The position numbers were made by a program, and so were the translations under genes. The notes beneath the pieces were generated by a model. It was not told where the DNA came from and searched no databases. It was given only the letters and a program-made list of their open reading frames with translations. Source: an uncultured Verrucomicrobia subdivision 3 bacterium (GTDB lineage: Bacteria; Verrucomicrobiota; Verrucomicrobiia; Limisphaerales; UBA11358). Taken from it: 64,000 nucleotides of DNA. The stretch's first letter is position 1, and each line of letters starts with the position of its first letter. Shown piece after piece: positions 44,986 to 52,480 of the stretch. The stretch is from positions 7,642-71,641 of the forward strand of contig CAIKKJ010000151.1 in NCBI GenBank assembly GCA_903827955.1. Reading direction: 5' to 3'.

Positions 44986-47900
44986 AACTTTTCTTCCGTT
45001 TCTGCCGCGCGCAACACGCGCCAGTCGTGCGTCCATTCGTCAATCCGGCACGCCGCGCGGTAATCACAAAAGTCACACGCCGTCGCACTGCCTTTGCGAT
45101 ACGGGGCAACCGCCGCCGCGCCGGAAAAAATCTGTTTGCCGAGCGACCGCAGTTGTTCTTTCACTTCGTCGAGCAGGTCGGTGAATTCCTTACTGGAAAT
45201 CGCTTCTGCTGAGTTTGACCGCACGCTACCGTCCTTGTTCAATTGATAGTTGATTTGGTCGCGCGCCTGAATGCGATCCAGTTTTTCCAAATGACTGGAA
45301 TCAAACCGCCCGCTGTGACGATACGCCAGCTTGCGGGCCGCATCGGCATCGGCGAGGACTTCGGCGCGGGAACCGCCGCCAGCAAACTGCCCGCGCAGGT
45401 TCACATAAAAAACTCCAGCGGGAACGATTTTCTCCGCGCCGAAAAATTTCGCCGGCCAGTTTCGCAACGCCGCGAGATACGCGAGCAGTTGCAGTTGCAC
45501 GCCGTGCGCCATGAGGATTCTATCCAGCTTCCGCGCGCTCGATTTGTAATCCATCACCACCGCGAGCGAACGGTCGCCATCGCGCAACAGATCAATCCGG
45601 TCAATCCGTCCGCGCAACGCGAGCTTGTGGCCGTGGGGCAAATCAATTTCCCACGCGGGCAAACCCGATTCGTCGAGGCCGAAACCGACTTCCGCCTTGG
45701 CCGGATCAAATTCATATTGGTCGTGCATCCACGTCACGAGCGTCCCGACAAAATCCTGCAACGATTCCGTCAACATTCGCGCGGTGAATTTGCTTTGGTC
45801 ATCCACGAGGAGCAAGCCCTCGCGATAAGTCGGCGCGAGTTCGGCGGCAATCTGGCCGATGCGTTCGCGCGCCTGCGCCGGCGTGAAATGACGCCAGAGC
45901 TTTTTTTCCGCCGTGAGGTCATTGTGAAATTTTTCCAAAATTTCGTGCTGGAAGCTGCCGCGTTCCCGCGCGTCCAGCTCATAAAGTTTTCGCTCATTCG
46001 CACGCAAACCGGAGTGGACAAAAAACTTGAACGGGCACGCCGCGAATTCCTCCAGCCGGCTGACCGACGAACGCAACACCGGCCCGTAAAGTTTTTCCGC
46101 CAGCGCAGGAGAAAAATTTTCTTTTTCATCCGGCTCGCGCAACGCCGCGAGTTTTTCCGCGAGAGATTTGAGCGTGGGAATTTCCAGCAAGCTTGGAGTG
46201 TCGAGCGCCGGCACCAGTTCATTCGCGTGCTGCGCCGCGCGCCAGTCGGTGTCAGTGGAAAATTCTTCTACTTCAAGCTCTGGAAAAATCTGCTGCACCT
46301 GCGCGATGAGCGGCGATGGATTCAGCGTCTTTCCCTCCGCACTTTGCCGGGCAAACGTCAGCGCCAGTTTTTCATCCGCCCGCGTGCAGGCGATGTAGCC
46401 GAGGTAACGTTCGCGCGAAATCTGGTCGAGCACGCCCGCGCCGAGCGTGACATTTTGCGCCTCCAGTTCGTCACGGTCGGAGCCGGTCAAAATCACCGGG
46501 GCCACGGGCGCGGCGGGAAAAATCGATTCGTTCACGCCGAGCAAGATGGCAAATTTCAAACTCGGATTTCGCGCCCGGTCAATCGCGCCCACCAGCACTT
46601 CATCCAGCGACGGCGGAATCACGCCGACGGTAAGGTTGCCCAGCCCGGCTTCCAGCACCGGCAGCCAGTCGCGCAAACCCATTTGTTCATGCGGGAATGC
46701 GAGCGCGAGGTTGTCCAGCCACGAATTCATCTGCTCCCAAACGGTCTGATGGGGTGACGAGTGACGAGTGACGAGTGACGAGTGCTCGGCTTCGAGTGTC
46801 CAGCGTTCCAGCGTGGTTTCGATTTCCAATTCGCGCCACAGTTCGCGTAGCGCGGCGGCGAGCTGTTCGCCGGTCGGCTGGAAATTTATTTTGGCGAACG
46901 CGGCGTAAAAATTTCCAAACGGCGGAAAAACAATTGCGCGCAGACGCTCGCAGTTTTCATCCGGCAACGGCTCGCGCCATTTTTTGCCGCGCCAGCCAAA
47001 TTCCAGTGTGGTGTTTTCCAGCCGGTCGATTTCCGCTTCTGCCACCGGCGCGAAGCCCGACTTCAGCGCGGCGAACCAGTCATCATTCTTCCAGTCATTT
47101 GCGACGGTGCGCAGCGCATTGCGCGTGAGTTCGGCGAGCGGGTGATGCGCCACGCTCTCGCGGCGGTCGAGAAAAAACGGAATGCCGTAGCGCCGGAAAA
47201 CGCGGGCCAGCGGTTTGTGATAGCCATCCAGTTGGCGCACCAAAACGGCGCAGTCGCGAAAACGGTTTCCAGCGCGGACGAATTTCAAAATTTCGCGCGC
47301 GGCGAACACCCCCTCGGTTTCGGAATTCGCGCAGGCGGTGATGGTTACCGTTGCTGGTTGCTGGTTGCTGGTTGCTGGTTGACCGATCTGTAACGTCCAG
47401 GATTCTTCGAGCACTGCCAGCTCTGAGTCTGGCGCAAAACGACTCTTGCCCGCCTCGCGGTTCAATATTTCCCCTTCAACTTTGCAGCCCGGCAGATTTT
47501 TAATCTGGTCGCGGCATTGCTGAAACGTCTTGCCAATGGCCGACCAGATTGAAAGCCATGACTCCGTCGGCGTGGGCTCGGTTTCGAGACAAAACGCAAT
47601 GGTAGCGCGGCCGCAAAGCGGAATGACGGCGGCGAGCAATGCCAGTTCCTGCGGCGTCATCTCGGCGAAACCGTCAAGCCAAAGCGCAGAAACTTGAAGC
47701 TTGAAACCTGAAACTTGAAGTTTTCCACGCAGTGCAGCGGTTGCAAAATCGAGCAGGCAATTCGCGTCCTGCAATTCATGCTCGCGCAACCAGTCCGCAT
47801 ATTTTTCGGCGAGCAGCGCCAGGTCGTGGAGTTTATCGCGCAGCTCGCGGCGCAATTTTTCATCGGCGACGAGCGCGCGCAACTTTGCGGGCGTGAGCTG

Positions 47901-48326
47901 GTGCTCCTGCAATTCCGCCAGCAGCGTGCCGAGTTCCTGCGCGAACCCGGCGCGGCGCGCGCTGCCGCGAAACAGTTTTAATTCCTCCGCGTGTTGCAGT
48001 AGCAACGCGCGCAAAACCATGAGGCGGCCTTCGGCGGACAAAAGTTTTGGCGGCGCGACGTTCAGTTTTTCAAAAATGAATTGCGCGAGCCGGTCGAAAG
48101 ACAAAATGTGCAGCCGCGTGAAGCCGGAGATTTCCCCGCCTTCGAGCAACTGGCGTTCGAGCTGAAACGTGGCCTGCTTCGGCGCGAGAAAAATCAGCGG
48201 ATCGCCCGCCGGATCATTGGCCAACGCGGCACGCACTTCGGCGAGGCAGCGGAAAGTTTTTCCACTGCCAGCGGGGCCGAGCAGGAAGCGCGCTTGCACG
48301 GCGGAAGTTTTCATGCAAACCCGCAT
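44982..48326 (-). CDS. addB: AddB-type helicase-nuclease subunit (PD-(D/E)XK nuclease with Fe-S cluster)
   Basis: 1114 aa with N-terminal Walker A GPAGSGKT and the RecB-type nuclease motif VVMDYKSS. The Cys pattern C...CxxCxxxxxC (FAACPF ... CDFCDYRAAC) is characteristic of the AddB iron-sulfur staple. No addA gene is adjacent. Confidence 0.75.
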   Translation of the reverse strand: MRVCMKTSAVQARFLLGPAGSGKTFRCLAEVRAALANDPAGDPLIFLAPKQATFQLERQLLEGGEISGFTRLHILSFDRLAQFIFEKLNVAPPKLLSAEGRLMVLRALLLQHAEELKLFRGSARRAGFAQELGTLLAELQEHQLTPAKLRALVADEKLRRELRDKLHDLALLAEKYADWLREHELQDANCLLDFATAALRGKLQVSGFKLQVSALWLDGFAEMTPQELALLAAVIPLCGRATIAFCLETEPTPTESWLSIWSAIGKTFQQCRDQIKNLPGCKVEGEILNREAGKSRFAPDSELAVLEESWTLQIGQPATSNQQPATVTITACANSETEGVFAAREILKFVRAGNRFRDCAVLVRQLDGYHKPLARVFRRYGIPFFLDRRESVAHHPLAELTRNALRTVANDWKNDDWFAALKSGFAPVAEAEIDRLENTTLEFGWRGKKWREPLPDENCERLRAIVFPPFGNFYAAFAKINFQPTGEQLAAALRELWRELEIETTLERWTLEAEHSSLVTRHSSPHQTVWEQMNSWLDNLALAFPHEQMGLRDWLPVLEAGLGNLTVGVIPPSLDEVLVGAIDRARNPSLKFAILLGVNESIFPAAPVAPVILTGSDRDELEAQNVTLGAGVLDQISRERYLGYIACTRADEKLALTFARQSAEGKTLNPSPLIAQVQQIFPELEVEEFSTDTDWRAAQHANELVPALDTPSLLEIPTLKSLAEKLAALREPDEKENFSPALAEKLYGPVLRSSVSRLEEFAACPFKFFVHSGLRANERKLYELDARERGSFQHEILEKFHNDLTAEKKLWRHFTPAQARERIGQIAAELAPTYREGLLLVDDQSKFTARMLTESLQDFVGTLVTWMHDQYEFDPAKAEVGFGLDESGLPAWEIDLPHGHKLALRGRIDRIDLLRDGDRSLAVVMDYKSSARKLDRILMAHGVQLQLLAYLAALRNWPAKFFGAEKIVPAGVFYVNLRGQFAGGGSRAEVLADADAARKLAYRHSGRFDSSHLEKLDRIQARDQINYQLNKDGSVRSNSAEAISSKEFTDLLDEVKEQLRSLGKQIFSGAAAVAPYRKGSATACDFCDYRAACRIDEWTHDWRVLRAAETEEKL
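46754..46781. repeat. tandem heptanucleotide array (GTGACGA)x4 inside the addB-like CDS
   Basis: Read directly: gtgacga gtgacga gtgacga gtgacga. It encodes HSSLVTRHSSP on the minus strand. Confidence 0.95.
47351..47378. repeat. tandem heptanucleotide array (TTGCTGG)x4 inside the addB-like CDS
   Basis: Read directly: ttgctgg x4. It encodes QPATSNQQPAT on the minus strand. Confidence 0.95.
47693..47720. repeat. imperfect tandem heptanucleotide array (CTTGAAR-like)x4 inside the addB-like CDS
   Basis: cttgaag cttgaaa cctgaaa cttgaag. It encodes KLQVSGFKLQVS on the minus strand. Confidence 0.85.
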
Positions 48327-48407
48327 GGGCGCAAAGGAATTTATTCGCCCGGTGAAAATTGTTCCTTCGGTTTTGCGGATGCGCTAACTTGGGTGAATTC
48401 AAATCGC

Positions 48408-50237
48408 ATGAAAATTTTTCTTTTGCTTGTTGGTCTTGCCGCCAATGCTGCCGTCACCGCGCGCGGCGATGCGGTCATCGCCGATGTGTTCGCGCGGCAA
48501 GTGACAAGCCTCAACGGTAAGTGGAATGTCATCATTGACCCTTACGACACGGGCTATTTTGATTATCGCCGCCAGCCTTACGACGCGGGCGGCAAGGTCA
48601 CCGGCGGCTACGCGCTCGACCACCAGGCGAAGGACAAGACCGAACTCGTGGAATATAATTTCGACACCAGCCCAACGCTAAATGTGCCGGGCGACTGGAA
48701 TTCACAGGACGCAAAACTTTTTTACTACGAAGGCTCGGTCTGGTATCGCCAAAAATTCGACGCGCAAAAATCCACGCCTGATCACCGGCTGTTCATTTAT
48801 TTCGGCGCGGTCAATTACGAGGCGGACGTTTATCTCAACGGCAAAAAACTCGGCAAGCACATCGGCGGCTTCACGCCGTTCGCCTATGAAGTCACCGGAC
48901 TGGTGAAAGAAAAAGGTAACTCGCTTGTCGTGCGCGTGAACAACAATCGTCACGCCGAAGGAGTGCCGACGGTGAATACTGACTGGTGGAATTACGGCGG
49001 TCTCACGCGCGACGTGCTGCTGGTGGAGACGCCCGCGACGTTCATCAGTAATTTCAGCACGCGCCTCAAAGCTGGCACAACGAACACGATTGCTGTGAGC
49101 GTTCAACTGGATGGCGACGAGAAAGCGCAAACAGTTTCCGTCCGGTTTCCGATGCTGAAAATCGCTGCGGAAATGAAGGCGGACACCAATGGCCTCGCGC
49201 GCTTTGAACTCACGCCGGCAAGCCTCGCGTTGTGGTCGTCCGAAAGTCCGACGCTCACGGAGGTGGAGATTTCCGCCGGTGCTGATTTGCTGAAAGACCG
49301 CGTGGGTTTCCGCTCCATCGCGACCAGCGGCACGGAGGTTTTGTTGAATGGCAAAAAAGTTTTTTTGCGCGGCATCTGCATCCATGAGGAAAATCCGCTG
49401 GAAGGCCGCCGCGCCTGGTCCGAAGCGGATGCGCGACAACTGCTCGGCTGGGCGAAGGAGCTCGGCTGCAATTTCGTCCGTCTCGCGCATTATCCGCACA
49501 ACGAACACATGGCGCGCGTGGCGGATGAACTGGGCATCATGTGCTGGGAAGAAATCCCCGTGTATTGGACGATTGCTTGGACGAATGAGGCGACGCTGGC
49601 GAACGCAAAAAGTCAGTTGGATGCCCTGATCGCCCGCGACCAGAACCGCGCGAGCGTGATCGTCTGGTCGGTGGCAAACGAGACGCCCGTGAGCGAGGCG
49701 CGCACGAAATTTCTGAAGGCGCTTGTGGATGAAGCGCGGTCGCTCGACAACTCGCGGCTCATCTCCGCGGCGATGGAAGTTCATTCCGAGCCGAATCATC
49801 CCGACCATAAAATCGTCGATGACGCGTTTGGCGAATTCACCGATCTCCTGAGCTTCAACCAATACACCGGCTGGTATGGCAGCACGCCGGACGCGATTGA
49901 TCGCGTGACGTGGAGCATCAAATATCACAAACCCGTTTTCATCAGTGAATTTGGCGCGGACGCCAAGCAGGGTTTTCATGCCGATGCGCTGACGCGGTTC
50001 AGCGAGGAATATCAAGCGGATGTTTTCCGGCGGACTTTGCCGATGCTCGATAAAATTCCCGGCTGGGTGGGTTGCACGCCATGGATTTTGTGCGACTTCC
50101 GTTCGCCGCGCCGGCCGCTGCCGGGGATTCAGGACGGTTGGAATCGCAAGGGCGTCGTGGGCCAGAACGGCGAGAAGAAAATGGCCTTCGAGGTTTTGAA
50201 AAACTTTTACGCCGATAAGGCGAAGGAAACGAAGTAG
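48408..50237 (+). CDS. secreted glycoside hydrolase family 2 enzyme (beta-glucuronidase/beta-galactosidase-like)
   Basis: The start at MKIFLLLVGLAANAAVTA is a signal peptide. GH2 hallmarks are DWWNYGGLTRDV, VRLAHYPHNEH, WSVANE (acid/base) and FISEFG (nucleophile). The ORF-track start at 48081 was rejected because it overlaps the addB-like start region. Confidence 0.85.
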   Translation: MKIFLLLVGLAANAAVTARGDAVIADVFARQVTSLNGKWNVIIDPYDTGYFDYRRQPYDAGGKVTGGYALDHQAKDKTELVEYNFDTSPTLNVPGDWNSQDAKLFYYEGSVWYRQKFDAQKSTPDHRLFIYFGAVNYEADVYLNGKKLGKHIGGFTPFAYEVTGLVKEKGNSLVVRVNNNRHAEGVPTVNTDWWNYGGLTRDVLLVETPATFISNFSTRLKAGTTNTIAVSVQLDGDEKAQTVSVRFPMLKIAAEMKADTNGLARFELTPASLALWSSESPTLTEVEISAGADLLKDRVGFRSIATSGTEVLLNGKKVFLRGICIHEENPLEGRRAWSEADARQLLGWAKELGCNFVRLAHYPHNEHMARVADELGIMCWEEIPVYWTIAWTNEATLANAKSQLDALIARDQNRASVIVWSVANETPVSEARTKFLKALVDEARSLDNSRLISAAMEVHSEPNHPDHKIVDDAFGEFTDLLSFNQYTGWYGSTPDAIDRVTWSIKYHKPVFISEFGADAKQGFHADALTRFSEEYQADVFRRTLPMLDKIPGWVGCTPWILCDFRSPRRPLPGIQDGWNRKGVVGQNGEKKMAFEVLKNFYADKAKETK

Positions 50238-50247
50238 GATTGCGAGC

Positions 50248-50363
50248 GGAGCGCCGCCGTCCCCGGCGGCTTAAGACGCGCGAAAAAGTGACGGCCAAAA
50301 TTTTTTGAAGATGGACGCGAACCATAAATCGCAAGCGCAAAGCCGGCGGGACGCCGGCGCTCC
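50248..50363. repeat. REP doublet (REPIN-like) copy 1
   Basis: GGAGCGCCGCCGTCCCCGGCGGC (50248-50270) and the inverted GCCGGCGGGACGCCGGCGCTCC (50342-50363). The spacer contains GAAAAAGTGACGGCCAAAATTTTTTGAAGATGGACGCG. Confidence 0.85.
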
Positions 50364-51114
50364 GGCCCGCCGTCCGCGTCCGCGAGTTTCCACGCCGCCT
50401 TACAATCCCGGCCTTCAACAGCTCGTCGAAAACAAGCAGGCTTGGGCCGAGCCGTTGAGCGATGACGCCAAGACGAAAGGCTTTCGTGGCTGGCATCAGC
50501 GCGGTTATCTGCCGCACCACGACGCGCCGGGCGTCACGCAGATGGTCACGTTGCGTCTGGCCGACTCGCTGCCCGCCAGCCGCCGGGGCGAATGGGAGCA
50601 TCTCCTTCGCATTGAGGACGACCGTGAGCGGCGCGTCCGCTTCGAGGCATATCTGGATCGCGGCCTTGGGGAGTGCTGGCTCTCGCGCCCGGAGATTGCC
50701 GCGCTGACCAAAAATTCATTGCGTTGCTTTGACGGCCAACGCTACGCCCTGGCTGCGTGGGTGGTGATGCCCAATCACCTTCACCTGCTCGTGGACGTCT
50801 GGGAAGTGCCGCTGGCCAAGCTCATTGCCGGCTGGAAAAGTTTCATCGCGCATGAAGCCAACCGCGTGTTGCAGCGAAAAGGAGAATTTTGGGAACGCGA
50901 ATATCTCGACACGCTCATCAAGAACGAAACGCACCGGCGCACGGCGGTGCGGTATATTGAGAACAATCCCGTGAAAGCCGGATTGGTGCGCGACCCGCAG
51001 GAATGGCTCTGGAGCAGCGCGCGGCATCGGGACGAATACGGACGGCTGAAAATCGGAACGCCCGGAGCGCCGCCGTCCCCGGCGGCTTTGGACAGACGGG
51101 GCGGGAGACGGTAG
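50305..51114 (+). CDS. REP-associated tyrosine transposase (IS200/IS605-like Y1 transposase family)
   Basis: HUH motif in VVMPNHLHLLV and the catalytic Tyr context RRTAVRYIENNPVKAGLV, plus the conserved WHQRGYLPH. The first ~20 and last ~15 codons are encoded by the flanking REP elements. The ATG at 50311 is an alternative start. Confidence 0.85.
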   Translation: MKMDANHKSQAQSRRDAGAPARRPRPRVSTPPYNPGLQQLVENKQAWAEPLSDDAKTKGFRGWHQRGYLPHHDAPGVTQMVTLRLADSLPASRRGEWEHLLRIEDDRERRVRFEAYLDRGLGECWLSRPEIAALTKNSLRCFDGQRYALAAWVVMPNHLHLLVDVWEVPLAKLIAGWKSFIAHEANRVLQRKGEFWEREYLDTLIKNETHRRTAVRYIENNPVKAGLVRDPQEWLWSSARHRDEYGRLKIGTPGAPPSPAALDRRGGRR

Positions 51115-51181
51115 AATTTTATCCGTGATGGACGCGAACCGTAAATCGCCAGCGCAAAGCCAGCGAGGACGCTGGCGCTCC
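51064..51181. repeat. REP doublet (REPIN-like) copy 2
   Basis: GGAGCGCCGCCGTCCCCGGCGGC (51064-51086) and the inverted GCCAGCGAGGACGCTGGCGCTCC (51159-51181). The 3' part of the spacer (ATGGACGCGAACCGTAAATCGCCAGCGCAAAGCC) matches copy 1. Confidence 0.85.
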
Positions 51182-51266
51182 GGGAGCGTGGAGCGCCGCC
51201 GTCCTCGGCGGCTTAAGCGTTACGCTCCTGCTGCTGCTTCCGAGCGGGGCGGGGGCGGCGGGCACG

Positions 51267-52094
51267 GTGCTCTTTACCACGGGCAACGCCCTCACCGGCC
51301 TCGCTTACAGCCCGGACACCCAGACCATTGCGGCCAGCACGGGAGCTGGCACGGGTATTTATGCTGCTGACGGCACACCTCTTCAAATGGGTTTCGGCAC
51401 CGGCAGCGCGGACAACGGCGCGGGGCCGAGTGGAACGTGGTGGTTGATGCAGGCTTCTGGAGCCGCCGCTACTAAATACGACAACAATGGAAACCCGCTT
51501 GCATCCGCCGGCCTCACGAACGGCACCGTGGCGTTGGGACGGCAGTTGACGGTGGGTGGGACGAATTACCTGATGTGTGCCGCCGGGGGCACGGTCTATG
51601 CCGCGAATGTCATCTACACCGGGCCATATCAGAACCTCACGCCGCTGTGCAGTTATGCGGGCAACGTCACCGGCGGCGACTGGTGCCTCCGCCCCAACGG
51701 CCAGTCCCTCGCCGACACGCTCATCGCCTTGAACACCGGCAACACGGTGCAAATTCTTTATCCCGATGGCGTGCTCTACGCGAGTGTCAATGCGCTGACG
51801 GCTGGGTATGGCATTTGCACGGATTGCGCGTTCATGGGAACGAATTCCATTCTCGCCGCGCAAAATAAAAATCCCGCTTTGAGCAGTGTTGTCCGCTACG
51901 ATTTCACCGTGCCCGCCGCCGTGGACGCGGCGGTGAGCGTGAGCCGCACAAACGGGGCGGTGGCGGTGAACTGGAGCGGACGGTGGTTGCAGGGCAGCAG
52001 CAATCTGCTGGCGTGGCAGACGCTCACCAACGCGCCGCAGCCCTACGTCACCGCCGCCACGAACGCCCCGCGCTTCTTCCGCGCCGTGAAGTGA
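51267..52094 (+). CDS. hypothetical protein with FYR-type C-terminal module, N-terminus possibly disrupted
   Basis: 275 aa from a GTG start, ending ...SSNLLAWQTL...APRFFRAVK. The upstream in-frame sequence (open from 51129) reads like a signal peptide (LSVTLLLLLPSGAGAAG) but contains no ATG/GTG/TTG start and is partly REP-derived. Confidence 0.5.
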   Translation: MLFTTGNALTGLAYSPDTQTIAASTGAGTGIYAADGTPLQMGFGTGSADNGAGPSGTWWLMQASGAAATKYDNNGNPLASAGLTNGTVALGRQLTVGGTNYLMCAAGGTVYAANVIYTGPYQNLTPLCSYAGNVTGGDWCLRPNGQSLADTLIALNTGNTVQILYPDGVLYASVNALTAGYGICTDCAFMGTNSILAAQNKNPALSSVVRYDFTVPAAVDAAVSVSRTNGAVAVNWSGRWLQGSSNLLAWQTLTNAPQPYVTAATNAPRFFRAVK

Positions 52095-52109
52095 GGAGCG
52101 CCGCACAGA

Positions 52110-52227
52110 CGGAGCGCCGGCGTCCTCGCCGGCTTTACGCTGCCGGACAGCGAGACGCATCCATTCTCAAAAGATTGTTGCCGTCACTTTTTTCTCACAC
52201 CCAAAGCCGCCGGGGACGGCGGCGCTC
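52110..52227. repeat. REP doublet (REPIN-like) copy 3, opposite orientation to copies 1-2
   Basis: GGAGCGCCGGCGTCCTCGCCGGC (52110-52132) ... GCCGCCGGGGACGGCGGCGCTCC (52205-52227). The reverse complement of the spacer (GAAAAAAGTGACGGCAACAATCTTTTGAGAATGGATGCG) is homologous to the copy 1 spacer. Confidence 0.85.
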
Positions 52228-52252
52228 CGGCGACAGTGACGTCACCCGCGCA

Positions 52253-52371
52253 CGGAGCGCCGGCGTCCTCGCCGGCTTAACGCTGGCTGACAACGAGACG
52301 CATCCATTCTCAAAAGATTGTTGCCGTCACTCTTTTCTCACACCCAAAGCCGCCGGGGACGGCGGCGCTCC
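52253..52371. repeat. REP doublet (REPIN-like) copy 4, near-identical tandem neighbour of copy 3
   Basis: GGAGCGCCGGCGTCCTCGCCGGC (52253-52275) ... GCCGCCGGGGACGGCGGCGCTCC (52349-52371). The spacer differs from copy 3 at only a few positions. Confidence 0.85.
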
Positions 52372-52399
52372 ACGCGGCGCTCCACGCGGCGCTCCACGC
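52364..52399. repeat. 12-nt tandem repeat (GGCGCTCCACGC)x3 budding from the last REP
   Basis: Read directly at 52364-52399. The first unit overlaps the end of the REP at 52349-52371. Confidence 0.9.
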
Positions 52400-52480
52400 G
52401 GGGATCCGGTGCATTTTATTCTTCGCCGGTTCGCCGGTTTGTTGTTCACTTTGCCGGTGAAAATTTCCATCTGCGAACTC

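Larger units (their letters stand above)
50248..51212 (+). mobile_element. RAYT (REP-associated tyrosine transposase) gene bracketed by REP-doublet elements
   Basis: A Y1/HUH transposase ORF is flanked by hairpin REP motifs GGAGCGCC(G/A)(C/G)CGTCC(C/T)CG(G/C)CGGC in inverted pairs at 50248-50363 and 51064-51181, plus a single REP at 51190-51212. Confidence 0.75.

Noticed and set aside
45243-46757. 504-aa plus-strand ORF. Similar long antisense ORFs occur at 1080-2429, 3218-4402, 4452-5684, 14950-16167, 48702-50015, 52310-53434 and 61756-62916.
   Set aside because: Each is antisense to a gene with clear family motifs. They have Arg-rich, low-information sequence and no independent start context, so they are treated as artefacts of high GC.
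51213-52160. 315-aa minus-strand ORF across the REP-flanked gene
   Set aside because: It is antisense to 51267-52094 and runs into REP elements. It has an Arg/Gly-rich composition and no motifs.
52110-52399. Regularly spaced 23-nt palindromes suggesting a CRISPR array
   Set aside because: The repeats alternate in orientation, and the intervening 'spacers' are themselves near-identical copies. No cas genes are present. The motif also flanks the RAYT gene, so these are REP doublets and not CRISPR repeats.
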